Shown here piece after piece: positions 1 through 9,750 of a DNA stretch of 62,173 nucleotides (positions are counted from its first letter, which is position 1; each line of letters begins with the position of its first letter). The translations under genes were made by a program, and so were the position numbers. The notes below the pieces were generated by a model that saw nothing but the letters and a program-made list of their open reading frames with translations, was not told the DNA's origin and did not search any database. The DNA is taken from the NCBI GenBank assembly GCA_902800645.1, contig CADCFC010000004.1:1-62173 (forward strand). The letters are read 5' to 3'. This DNA comes from an uncultured Erysipelotrichaceae bacterium (GTDB lineage: Bacteria; Bacillota_I; Bacilli_A; RFN20; CAG-826).

Positions 1-115
1 AATTATAAGAGGTCTTTTCTTATCGATAATCCAAAATCTATCAAATTTAACGGGGTATTGTATTTTTTTCACCCCACGTTAGATTTTAGAGAACCTTAAG
101 CGCACCTTAGAAAAT

Positions 116-1618
116 ATGGTGCGTTTTAAATTTTTAAAAATATATATCGCATTATCGTTAATGATAATTACAATATGTCTTATGAATAAAGCATTAGCGA
201 AGATTAAGCAATTCTTTGGATATCAAGATCTCACTAGAGACACTAGACCAATAGTGACAATGATTCTTTTCGCTATTCCTTTAGTGATTACTGCTTTTGC
301 AAATAACGGAATGTCTTTATTAAACTCAATTGTTTTAAAACATACTGTTGGCGGTGATAGTGTTACTGCAATTAATCAAACCTCATCATTATCATCTTTA
401 ATTCTTCAATTTGGATTTGGATGTACATCTGGGTTTGGTATTGTGATCGCTAATCTACATGGAGCGAAGAACTATGAAGGTGTGAAGAAGGCTATTGTTT
501 CTTCTATGCTTGCTTGTGTTGTTATTTGGTTAGTGTTAGGTGCTATTGGGATTGCCTCTTTAAGATCACTATTAAATGCACTTCACGTTAATGAATTATA
601 TTACGAGAAAGCTTATTTATATTTCGCTGTTGTTTTATCTTGTTATATCTTCAATTTACTCTCTAACTTATCAGGACATATCTTAAGAGCATTAGGTAAC
701 TCTTTTGTGGTATTGTTTACCACAATCTTTACTTTATCTTGCCAAGTTGGTGTTTGTTTCTTATTAACTTCTAAATCAATTGGTAATTTAGACACTGTTG
801 GAGCAGGACTAGCGATTATGGTAGCCTCTTTACTTAATGTGATTATTTCTTTTGCGATTATATTTAAAAAATATAAACCAAACAAAGAATCATTTAAGTT
901 TGACAAGACTATATATAAAGACTTATTTAGATTAGGTGTTCCTATTGGATTCCAGTGGTCAATATTATTCATTGGCTCATTTGTGGTCGCTAGCCAAGTT
1001 AATCTATATGGCGTTTATGCTTCTAAAGGTATGGCGGTATATACATCTTGGGAAGGTATCGCTGTTAACTCAGTAATGGGTGCATTAGGCACGATGATGG
1101 TGAACTTTGTTGGCCAAAACTATGGGGCTAAAAAGTATGACCGAGTTAAACGAGGGATACGAGATGGATATATCATTGTCTTGTGTGTTTATGCACTTAT
1201 CTTAGCGATTACTTTACCCACTACAAAACTAGTACCTTACATCTATCTTCCATATGATGAAGTTAATGAAAGAGTGTCATTTTACGCGACTACCTACTTG
1301 TATATCACTTTAACTGCCTCTTTATTCCAAGGGATATTAACTGTATCTAGAGGAGCGCTTCAAGGGATTAAGAAACCATTATTCCCATTTATTAGTGGTA
1401 TAGGGGAACTAATAGCCCGCATTAGTGTTTCTCTTCTCATTCCCTATTTAGTGGATCAAAACTACAAAGTTACTTTATCTGATCAAAGTTATATTGGATT
1501 ATCATTCTCTAACGCTTCTGCATGGCTTGTTTCTATGCTTGTTATGGGTGGAGCGGTATTCTTTATGATTTTGAACAATAAATCATTTGGGAAAGAAACT
1601 GATATAATTAAGGAGTAA
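116..1618 (+). CDS. MATE family efflux transporter
   Basis: 500-aa ORF that is hydrophobic throughout, with about 12 TM segments in two halves and a MatE-like N-terminus (RPIVTMILFAIPLVIT). The start is uncertain: ATG 116 lies inside a hairpin (101-123), and ATG 182 is an alternative. Confidence 0.75.
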   Translation: MVRFKFLKIYIALSLMIITICLMNKALAKIKQFFGYQDLTRDTRPIVTMILFAIPLVITAFANNGMSLLNSIVLKHTVGGDSVTAINQTSSLSSLILQFGFGCTSGFGIVIANLHGAKNYEGVKKAIVSSMLACVVIWLVLGAIGIASLRSLLNALHVNELYYEKAYLYFAVVLSCYIFNLLSNLSGHILRALGNSFVVLFTTIFTLSCQVGVCFLLTSKSIGNLDTVGAGLAIMVASLLNVIISFAIIFKKYKPNKESFKFDKTIYKDLFRLGVPIGFQWSILFIGSFVVASQVNLYGVYASKGMAVYTSWEGIAVNSVMGALGTMMVNFVGQNYGAKKYDRVKRGIRDGYIIVLCVYALILAITLPTTKLVPYIYLPYDEVNERVSFYATTYLYITLTASLFQGILTVSRGALQGIKKPLFPFISGIGELIARISVSLLIPYLVDQNYKVTLSDQSYIGLSFSNASAWLVSMLVMGGAVFFMILNNKSFGKETDIIKE

Positions 1619-1623
1619 ATTAT

Positions 1624-4032
1624 ATGAACAGGACTAAAAAACTATTTCTTATTGTCCCATGTGCATTCATGGTGTTTTCTTGTTCATGTAATCAACAACC
1701 AACTGGACATGTTCACGTTTTTGAAGACACCATAGTGGACGCAACATGTGAAGATAGAGGATACACAAGTCATATATGTAAAGATTGTGGTTATGAATAT
1801 CACGATTCCTTTACTGAACCTTTAGGACATGATTTCTCTACATTTATTGAAGAAACAGGTAACTTAGAGGCTGATGAAGGTGAGATTATTCATGAATGTG
1901 TTAATTGTCATCAAAGACAAGCAACATCGACGTCACAAATCAACAACAAAGAAAAAGGTCTTCCTGCTTATCAATTAGGAAACCACAAAGTATCCACGAC
2001 TGGCTATGGCAGCTCAAGTGTTACTGTTTCTATTTCTAACTTTAATTCTTTAGACCAATTGGTGATCTATTACTCATTTAATCCAGACTATGGTCTATTC
2101 TATAACCAATCATTTAAGCTCACTTTATATAGTGACAAAACATATAGTATCTTTGGCTATAACAGTGGTGAATACACGATTGTAGCCTCAGATAAGATGC
2201 ATTATTCAGTTGATGTGAGCACTGATACAGCGAATATTCTCTTCATGTATTCTGATTACAATGTCAGCCAACAAGAAGCAGTTGAAAACTTCGCTACATA
2301 TGTCGCCTTATATGAAAAGAATGGTAATGTTTTTGAATATAGACAATTAAATCCATATGTTATTCCAACCTTTAGTGAGACCTGGTTAAAAGTTAATGGA
2401 CATAACAAATTCTATTATTCCACCAAATATCAAAATCATCATGTTGATAATTGGCAAAGACCAGACATCACTCAAGCAGATACAAACTGGACATATTGCT
2501 GTCGTTGTGAAACCCCTGAAGAAGCTATTGTTGGTATGCTTATTTATCAAGAAAATGGGGCCACAAATGTCGACGTTAACCTTTTGTATTTAAAACCTAT
2601 TTATCGTAATCTAACTGACTTAGAAAGAATTTTTAAATCAGTGAAAGATATTGGCACTATTGCTGTTTATTACAATAGCGATGTCTCTCAAGAAGAAAGG
2701 ATGGATATGCTAAGACTTGCTGTCCAAGCAGGAGCGGGTGGTGTCGATTTCCAAGGCTTTATGTTTCATACAGGTTCAACATTAGACACTCATACTGATG
2801 AGAATGTTCAATATTGGAAAAACCTTGGATATGACATGTCATTTATTAACGCATCTCCAAAAGAAACCACAATTGATCCTGATGAAGATGCTTTACAAAT
2901 GCAATTCATTCAAGAAATTCATCAAATGGGTGGCAAAGTACTTGGCTCGCAGCATACAAGTGCACAATTTACACGTAGACAAGCAGTAGCGTATGGTGAG
3001 TTCCTTAACCATAGAGGTTTAGACATCATCAAGATTGTTTCTCACGCTTATAATAGAGCAGCCTTACAAGATACCTTAATGGCTAATGTTGATGCCTATA
3101 ATAGCGATAAGATTACCGCTAAATATTCAATTCATACGAATAACTCTTCTATCTCCGATATTTCTAGAGTTATTGGTCCTCTTTTCTATCACACCTATAT
3201 GGCGTTCCATTATACAAACTTATGCCACTTAAAATTAGTGATGGATCTATTACACAATCCAGATATCGTTTTTGAAGATTCAATCACTCCTGATGAAGCG
3301 ATTAATCGTATTGTTCATAAGTCCAAGGATCCTGAACTTCAATATTTAATAGATCAATACGCTTATCTTACTAGTGACTCCTTCTATGCTTATGGAAGCG
3401 GAAGCAACATGTCTGATAGATGGTCTGTTAATGGCAATAACACTACCTTGAGAATGAGAGATAGTGAAGGCACTAATAGTTTCTCAATTAGAGGTGGAGC
3501 GTTTAAATCGGGATGGACTTCAAATAATTTTGAATTTGAAACTTCATTATCTGGTTTCTTTAAACCATATTCTTCAAGCGCCAGACTTCCTAAGTTTGGA
3601 ATCTTCATTGGTGATCAAGACCACATGCTTGCATTTACATATAATTTTGTTGCTTCTAGTGGAGTGGGAACTTCTTACTCCGTCGGAGTGAAAACAAACT
3701 CATATTATTTTGGTTATGACAAAAAGACCAAAGACGCTTTAGATACAACGGTTGTTGAAAATACATCGGTGTCTAGTAATGTCGCTAATGGTGATTCTAT
3801 GCGATTAAAGGTTAGATACGTTGAAGGTGTTATCTCCTTCTACTATTCATCTGCAGCAAGTGGTGATTATACATTGTTGACCACTCTTCAATATGATGAT
3901 TGCAAAGAGTTTTTCACCCATGATTCTGATAAAAACGTATATTCTGGCAATGTGGTCGAAGTTTATTTAGGCAGTGCATCTGTTGGTGTCGAGAATACTG
4001 TTGCCTTTGCAAACAAGATAACTCTCCTATAA
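1624..4032 (+). CDS. Lipoprotein with a Cys/His-rich module, a type I 3-dehydroquinase-like TIM barrel and a ConA/LamG-like C-terminal domain
   Basis: SD AAGGAG lies upstream and the lipobox is MVFSC. The Cys-rich module reads ATCEDRGYTSHICKDCGYEY...HECVNCH. The central region aligns by eye to AroD type I motifs (LGSQHTS; LDIIKIVS; ISRVIGPLF). The C-terminus looks like a beta-sandwich (PKFGIFIGDQDH). It is a paralog of the 17331-18491 product. Confidence 0.6.
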   Translation: MNRTKKLFLIVPCAFMVFSCSCNQQPTGHVHVFEDTIVDATCEDRGYTSHICKDCGYEYHDSFTEPLGHDFSTFIEETGNLEADEGEIIHECVNCHQRQATSTSQINNKEKGLPAYQLGNHKVSTTGYGSSSVTVSISNFNSLDQLVIYYSFNPDYGLFYNQSFKLTLYSDKTYSIFGYNSGEYTIVASDKMHYSVDVSTDTANILFMYSDYNVSQQEAVENFATYVALYEKNGNVFEYRQLNPYVIPTFSETWLKVNGHNKFYYSTKYQNHHVDNWQRPDITQADTNWTYCCRCETPEEAIVGMLIYQENGATNVDVNLLYLKPIYRNLTDLERIFKSVKDIGTIAVYYNSDVSQEERMDMLRLAVQAGAGGVDFQGFMFHTGSTLDTHTDENVQYWKNLGYDMSFINASPKETTIDPDEDALQMQFIQEIHQMGGKVLGSQHTSAQFTRRQAVAYGEFLNHRGLDIIKIVSHAYNRAALQDTLMANVDAYNSDKITAKYSIHTNNSSISDISRVIGPLFYHTYMAFHYTNLCHLKLVMDLLHNPDIVFEDSITPDEAINRIVHKSKDPELQYLIDQYAYLTSDSFYAYGSGSNMSDRWSVNGNNTTLRMRDSEGTNSFSIRGGAFKSGWTSNNFEFETSLSGFFKPYSSSARLPKFGIFIGDQDHMLAFTYNFVASSGVGTSYSVGVKTNSYYFGYDKKTKDALDTTVVENTSVSSNVANGDSMRLKVRYVEGVISFYYSSAASGDYTLLTTLQYDDCKEFFTHDSDKNVYSGNVVEVYLGSASVGVENTVAFANKITLL

Positions 4033-4203
4033 AAAATATTTTTCATTATCATTAATGTAGTTTATTATAAAACTAATAATACTTTTACTTAAAACAAAAT
4101 CCCTCTTTTCTCAGTGATGATAAGTAGGAATTGAGACAAGAGTTATAATTTAAATTATAATAGTCTTCTATGACTAGGGCTTGTCAAAGTTTAGGAGGTT
4201 TTT

Positions 4204-5970
4204 ATGCATAATAAAAAACTATTATTAGGAATCATATGTTCTGGTTTTTTGTGTATGGGCGCAGTTATGGCTGGCCAGCAACAAAAAGAATATCAGCCTG
4301 TTTATGCGACCACTCCGGATCGTATTATTGCGTCTGATCAAGACATGATTGATTTTGTTGATGCATGTAACGCTGGCACAAATTTTGAAGGACAACTGGT
4401 TAGATTGGATGCTGATGTATCAATTACCCTTACTAAGCAACCAACTAATGACACGACTAACAAGATTTATTCTGTTTTTGCGGGTGAGTTTGATGGCAAC
4501 AATCACACAATCACTTTGGATATAAATACATCAAATACTGCTACAGGTATTTGGAGAAATATCAATGGTAATGTTCATGATTTAAATCTTGAAGGAACAA
4601 TTACAAATAGTGGGACATATGCTTCTCCATTATGCTTATATAACAATGGAACAATTAGAAATGTTAGTTCATCCATTACTGCCAGTTTACCTACAGTTGA
4701 TTATGTTTCGGGTATTTTATTTAGAAACAATTCTGGCGGTAAAATCTATGATTGCGAGTTTTCTGGTAATATTACTGGAAAGAATTATGTTGGTGGTATT
4801 GTTTCCGACAATCAAAGATATATGACTAGCTGTGTAAATAATGGAACAGTATCTGGAACCTCATATGTTGGTGGAATTGCTGCAACTACAGATAAACCTG
4901 AGACATTAAACAATACAAGTTATCTCCATATTACCAATTGTGTAAACAATGGATCTGTTTCAAGCACAACTGGTGGTTATGCTGCCGGAATAGTTGGGTA
5001 CTATTCACGCGGAAGAGTTGATAACTGTATTAATAACGGAACTATCTCTAGTTCAGGGCAATTTGTTGGTGGCATTACCGCTGCAATGGGTACAACTAGT
5101 AGCGCAAAGGTACCGTATGATGATTTATCATTGCTTAATTGCAAAAACTATGGCGATGTTTCAACAACTAATAAGAGCATTGGTGGCATTTCAGGATTTG
5201 CTTATCCAAACACAAAAATTAAATATTGTGATAATTATGGTAGTGTTAGCGCTTCGTCTAGTTCTGGCGTAGGTGGTATTGTTGGTTATATTAATCAATC
5301 ATGCACTGCCGAAGGTGCCGAAACACTAATCGAAGCTTGCTATAATGGTGGACATATTACTGGTAAAACATATTCTGGTGGAATTTTAGGATATGTTGGA
5401 AATGGTGTTACCCCTATTGTTCAAATCAATAATTGTTTTTCAACAGGAGACGTAGAATCTCCTGCGGCCAGTGGTGCAATAAATTGTGGAACACTAGTTG
5501 GCAAAGGCAATACTGGTGAATTAGGCGTAAATGCAAATTCATTTGCAGTTGGAGAATTAATTGCAAATGCATCAACATCTAATAAGGGATATGGCGTTGG
5601 TTCAGGAACTGCTGCTTCATCTGCATCATCACTTGCTAATGGCGTTTCTAACAACTTTAAAGCAGTAATTAAATTCATTAGAGAATATACATGTTCTGAA
5701 GATAAGACAGCCTTTAGAACTGCATTTGAGAGCTTATCAAGCGCGGAGCTTGGCTATTTAGCGCAAGTAACTTACTACGATGAGCTAACTCAATATGAAC
5801 AAACTTATTTAAGCGCTGCTAACTATATTAATGGTTATACAAACTCTCAATCATTTATGGTGTTATTTAACAGCAACAATCAAAGCGGATTGGTAATCAT
5901 CATCTTAGCGATTGCATCAATCTCTATTATTGCTGGTATCATCATTATTAGAAAAAAGAAAGCAAGTTAA
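4204..5970 (+). CDS. GLUG-repeat surface protein with a C-terminal TM anchor
   Basis: SD AGGAGG and a signal peptide are present. A cap motif (FAGEFDGNNHTITLDI) is followed by about a dozen repeats of the type NCxNxGxVsG..YVGGIxG. The protein ends in a hydrophobic helix plus RKKKAS and has no LPXTG. Confidence 0.7.
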   Translation: MHNKKLLLGIICSGFLCMGAVMAGQQQKEYQPVYATTPDRIIASDQDMIDFVDACNAGTNFEGQLVRLDADVSITLTKQPTNDTTNKIYSVFAGEFDGNNHTITLDINTSNTATGIWRNINGNVHDLNLEGTITNSGTYASPLCLYNNGTIRNVSSSITASLPTVDYVSGILFRNNSGGKIYDCEFSGNITGKNYVGGIVSDNQRYMTSCVNNGTVSGTSYVGGIAATTDKPETLNNTSYLHITNCVNNGSVSSTTGGYAAGIVGYYSRGRVDNCINNGTISSSGQFVGGITAAMGTTSSAKVPYDDLSLLNCKNYGDVSTTNKSIGGISGFAYPNTKIKYCDNYGSVSASSSSGVGGIVGYINQSCTAEGAETLIEACYNGGHITGKTYSGGILGYVGNGVTPIVQINNCFSTGDVESPAASGAINCGTLVGKGNTGELGVNANSFAVGELIANASTSNKGYGVGSGTAASSASSLANGVSNNFKAVIKFIREYTCSEDKTAFRTAFESLSSAELGYLAQVTYYDELTQYEQTYLSAANYINGYTNSQSFMVLFNSNNQSGLVIIILAIASISIIAGIIIIRKKKAS

Positions 5971-5976
5971 ATATAT

Positions 5977-8900
5977 ATGAGACGAAATAGTGGATTTAAA
6001 GCTTTAACTATCGTTATTTCCACTATTTTTCTTTATTCTTGTTCATGCTCGTGTTCATATAATCAATTGAATCAAGCATCTCTTTCATTTACTCAAGAAT
6101 CATTAGTAATTAGTGTTAATCAAGAGTTAGATTTATTAAATATCATTGATTATAAGAATGTTGTTAATGGTGTGATATTTACTCTTGAAGACAATGATAA
6201 TGTTTTGTCTTTAACTGACACCACTATTAAGGGATTAAAAGTAGGTGAATGCACTGTTAAGGCTATATATCAAAGCTTAGTGGATACTTTAGAGGTATCT
6301 GTTGTTACTAACAAACCTCAAGTATCATATTTAGAAACTAACTATGAGTTTGATATCAGCAAAGGTGTCTTCCCAATCAAAGATAAAATCACTGTTAGTC
6401 CATTAACCGCTACTCTTGAATTAAGTTCAACTAGAACTGATTTCTCATTTAGTAATGGAAATATTACTTTTGGTGGCACTGGAAATTATTCATTCACTTT
6501 AAAAGCAAAGTATCAAGAAGCTTATAGTGCGAATTATAACTTCACAGTTTACGCTTATGATTACTTAAAGCTTGATGGAAGAGGAACGGTAGAAAATCCA
6601 TTTATTATCGCTACCGCTAGCGATTTAAAAGAATTAAGTGATGAAGTTCTTAACTATAAAGATTTAAAAGATAGATATTTCCTTCAAGCAGAAGATATCG
6701 ATATTAGTGAATATGACAATTGGACTCCAATTGGAACTTTTGGTGTTCCATTTGAAGGCATCTATAACGGAAACAATAAAAAGGTCACTGGATTAAACAT
6801 TAACACTCATGATTCATGGCAAGGTTTATTTGGATTCTCTAGTGGCACAATTAAGAATTTAACAGTTTATGGTGAGGTGAATGTCACTTGCCATCCTGAT
6901 TATGTTTATTCCCACTCATTCTGTGCAGGCATTTGTGGTGGATTATATAACAATGCGTTAGTGGATAACTGCACTAATTACGCTAATGTCCATGGCGACT
7001 CATATGTTGGCGGTATTGTTGGCGGTATTGCCCGTAGTGATGAGATGATTGTGGGAAGAGAACAATCCCAAATCGTCAACTGTAAAAACTATGGTGTAAT
7101 TTCTGGTGACGATACCTTTGCGATCAATGAAAGCGCGATGTATTTTGGTGGTATCGTTGGTGAGTCTCTTGGCATCTTAACCGGCAATGAAAATTATGGT
7201 GAAGTGAATGTCACTGGCACTAAGACAAAATACGTTGGTGGAGTGTGTGGACTTGGCTACATCATTTACAAATATGGAATGTATTTTGATGAGCCGATGG
7301 AGAACTACGCAAACAACGATAACATCAATCACGGAAAGGTCACAGGATACCATTCTGTAGGTGGTGTTTTTGGTGCAAATGTTCTTCCTTCTCACGGCTG
7401 TATTAACTATGGTGAAGTCAATGGTGATATCTGTGTTGGTGGTGTTTCTGGATTAAACGGAACCTCATCTGTTTTAGAGAACAATTATTCGATATCTTTA
7501 CTCGAAAATTGCGAAAATTATGGAAAAATACGTGCAAATCTACGTTATTCTGGCGGAATTACCTCATGTTCATACTTTGATGTTAATAGCTGTGTTAACT
7601 ATGGAGAAGTAACTGGTGGACCATCAGTTTATTACGTTGGTGGCGTTGTCGGATATCAAAGTAACGGAAACATTTTTAACTGTGAAAGTGATGAACTTGG
7701 AACTGTCACTGGCTATCATTCTGTAGGCGGTATTGTTGGTCATTCAAACACCAATTCTTTGTCCATTACTAGCTGTGTGAATCACTCCAAAGTTAGTTCA
7801 TTTAATGACGCTGATGATGAGTCAGTTCATATCGGTGGTATCGCTGGAATTTTAGGAACAAATAACACGATTAATGACTGCAATAACTATGGTGAAGTGA
7901 CTGGAAAAGGAACAAGAAACAGTCCATCTCGTTGGGGCGGTATCGGCGGTATTGCTGGTTCCATTTATAACAGTTCAAAAATCTTTAACTCAAAGAATTA
8001 TGGTGATGTAACTGGTAAGCAACAAGTCGGTGGAATTTTTGGTTATTCAAATGGCAATATTTTGACCGCTGTTCAAGATTGCCAAAACCAAGGAGATATT
8101 AAGTCTACTCATTCAGATCCACATCTAGGTGGTATCGCTGGAAGAATTAATGGAACAGCATTATTTAATTGTTTGAATAGTGGAAACTTAGTGGTTGAAA
8201 GTGGTGCTACTAATGTTGGTGATATATATGGTAGTGCGGCAAGCGCTACAAATAACGGAAATAAAGTAAGTGGAGATGGCTATAGTCCATATTTCTACCT
8301 CTTTAGTGGTGGAAAAGGATATGAAGACGATCCATTTATTATTAGGACCACAAAAGATTTTGAATTATTAAGAGAAAGAGTGTCCTCAACTGATGAGAAC
8401 GCTTCTCAAGAATATATCTATTACAAACTAGACGCTGATATTACTGTTACTGGTGGTTTATTGTCCACCAAAGAGTTTAAAGGTGTCTTTGATGGTAACA
8501 ATCACTGCATTACATTTAATTACAGTAACACCAGTAAAGATGAGGTTGCCTTGTTTGGTATTAATAGAGGCTTTATTAAAGATCTTGTGGTTGCTGGATC
8601 AATCACTGGTAGAAACTATTTAGCGTCTGTTGCAGTTACTAACTATGGCACAATTGAAAATTGTAAGAACCACGCAATAATTAGTGGTAACTCCCGTATT
8701 GGTGGCGTTGTTGTTACTAATAAAGGCGTTATCAATAACTGCCTTAATGAAGCAACTATTACTGGTTCATCGCAATACCTAGGTGGTATAGCTGGTGTTA
8801 ATGGTTCTGATTCAGAAGGTGGAACAATTATTAATTCAGTTAATGAAGGACCGGTTGAATGCACCGCTAGTACCTCTCAATATTCCTTTAATGGTAACTG

Positions 8901-9750
8901 TGTTGGTGGCGTTGTTGGATTTGTTTATGGAAATAGTCAAACCGTTATTACTAATTGTTATAACTCTGCAAATGTTCAAGGTAGAGCGTCTTTGGGTGGT
9001 ATTACAGGCTTTATTAAGTCAGGTACAGGTGCAACCATTAGTAATTTAATTAACACAGGTAATATTACAGGTGTTGGTGGTAGTGATGGTGCCACATATT
9101 GTGGTCATATTGGCGGTATCGTTGGTATGCTTGGTTCTAATGTAGACATTAGTAATTGTTATAGCACTGGAGATGTTTCTGGTAATGGTGGAAAAGAAAA
9201 CAGCAACTGGAGAGGTGTTGGTGGAATCGTAGGTAGTTTCTACGCGGGCACAATTAGTGAATGTTTCTCTACTGGTAGCGTAATCGCTAATATGCTTGGT
9301 GGAGGAATTGTTGGATATTCTCAAGGAACAGCTTCTAAAACAGTTTCTAACTGCATTAGTGGTGGATCCTATTCAAATAGTAGTGATAATGGTGGAATTC
9401 TTGGTAGAGGTAATAACACCACAATCAAAGATAGTATTTCATTTGCTTCTGGTGTTGAATCCAGAATGATTTATGGTTATGGATCGACTGTTAATTCTAC
9501 TAATAACTCCACATTTACTGGTTCATCAAAGATGAACTTATTACTTGGCAATTTGATTTTTGGATTAGCAACTACTGATCATGATGTTGCAGTGGAACGT
9601 TTAGAGTTAATTGCAATTGCTTTAAGTCAACTTAATAGTGTTGATACCACTATTTTAAATAGTTACTACAGTAGCACTAAGACAATTCAAGATTTCTATA
9701 ATGAGGTTGTCGCTTATCTTGAGAATATCATTAACGGAGGTACATTATGA
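5977..9750 (+). CDS. Large GLUG-repeat lipoprotein with Big_2-like domains and two cap+array units
   Basis: The lipobox is FLYSC followed by SCSCS. The N-terminus carries Ig-like (Big_2-type) segments. Two cap motifs (PFIIATASDL...FEGIYNGNNKKVTGLNI near 6584; DPFIIRTTKDF...FKGVFDGNNHCITFNY near 8329) are each followed by GLUG repeats (YVGGIVG, HSVGGIVG and similar). The TGA stop overlaps the next ATG. Confidence 0.7.
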   Translation: MRRNSGFKALTIVISTIFLYSCSCSCSYNQLNQASLSFTQESLVISVNQELDLLNIIDYKNVVNGVIFTLEDNDNVLSLTDTTIKGLKVGECTVKAIYQSLVDTLEVSVVTNKPQVSYLETNYEFDISKGVFPIKDKITVSPLTATLELSSTRTDFSFSNGNITFGGTGNYSFTLKAKYQEAYSANYNFTVYAYDYLKLDGRGTVENPFIIATASDLKELSDEVLNYKDLKDRYFLQAEDIDISEYDNWTPIGTFGVPFEGIYNGNNKKVTGLNINTHDSWQGLFGFSSGTIKNLTVYGEVNVTCHPDYVYSHSFCAGICGGLYNNALVDNCTNYANVHGDSYVGGIVGGIARSDEMIVGREQSQIVNCKNYGVISGDDTFAINESAMYFGGIVGESLGILTGNENYGEVNVTGTKTKYVGGVCGLGYIIYKYGMYFDEPMENYANNDNINHGKVTGYHSVGGVFGANVLPSHGCINYGEVNGDICVGGVSGLNGTSSVLENNYSISLLENCENYGKIRANLRYSGGITSCSYFDVNSCVNYGEVTGGPSVYYVGGVVGYQSNGNIFNCESDELGTVTGYHSVGGIVGHSNTNSLSITSCVNHSKVSSFNDADDESVHIGGIAGILGTNNTINDCNNYGEVTGKGTRNSPSRWGGIGGIAGSIYNSSKIFNSKNYGDVTGKQQVGGIFGYSNGNILTAVQDCQNQGDIKSTHSDPHLGGIAGRINGTALFNCLNSGNLVVESGATNVGDIYGSAASATNNGNKVSGDGYSPYFYLFSGGKGYEDDPFIIRTTKDFELLRERVSSTDENASQEYIYYKLDADITVTGGLLSTKEFKGVFDGNNHCITFNYSNTSKDEVALFGINRGFIKDLVVAGSITGRNYLASVAVTNYGTIENCKNHAIISGNSRIGGVVVTNKGVINNCLNEATITGSSQYLGGIAGVNGSDSEGGTIINSVNEGPVECTASTSQYSFNGNCVGGVVGFVYGNSQTVITNCYNSANVQGRASLGGITGFIKSGTGATISNLINTGNITGVGGSDGATYCGHIGGIVGMLGSNVDISNCYSTGDVSGNGGKENSNWRGVGGIVGSFYAGTISECFSTGSVIANMLGGGIVGYSQGTASKTVSNCISGGSYSNSSDNGGILGRGNNTTIKDSISFASGVESRMIYGYGSTVNSTNNSTFTGSSKMNLLLGNLIFGLATTDHDVAVERLELIAIALSQLNSVDTTILNSYYSSTKTIQDFYNEVVAYLENIINGGTL

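Noticed and set aside
4131-4161. Promoter for the first GLUG gene (TTGAGA with two TATAAT boxes)
   Set aside because: The spacers are 7 and 19 nt, neither of which is canonical. I did not annotate it.
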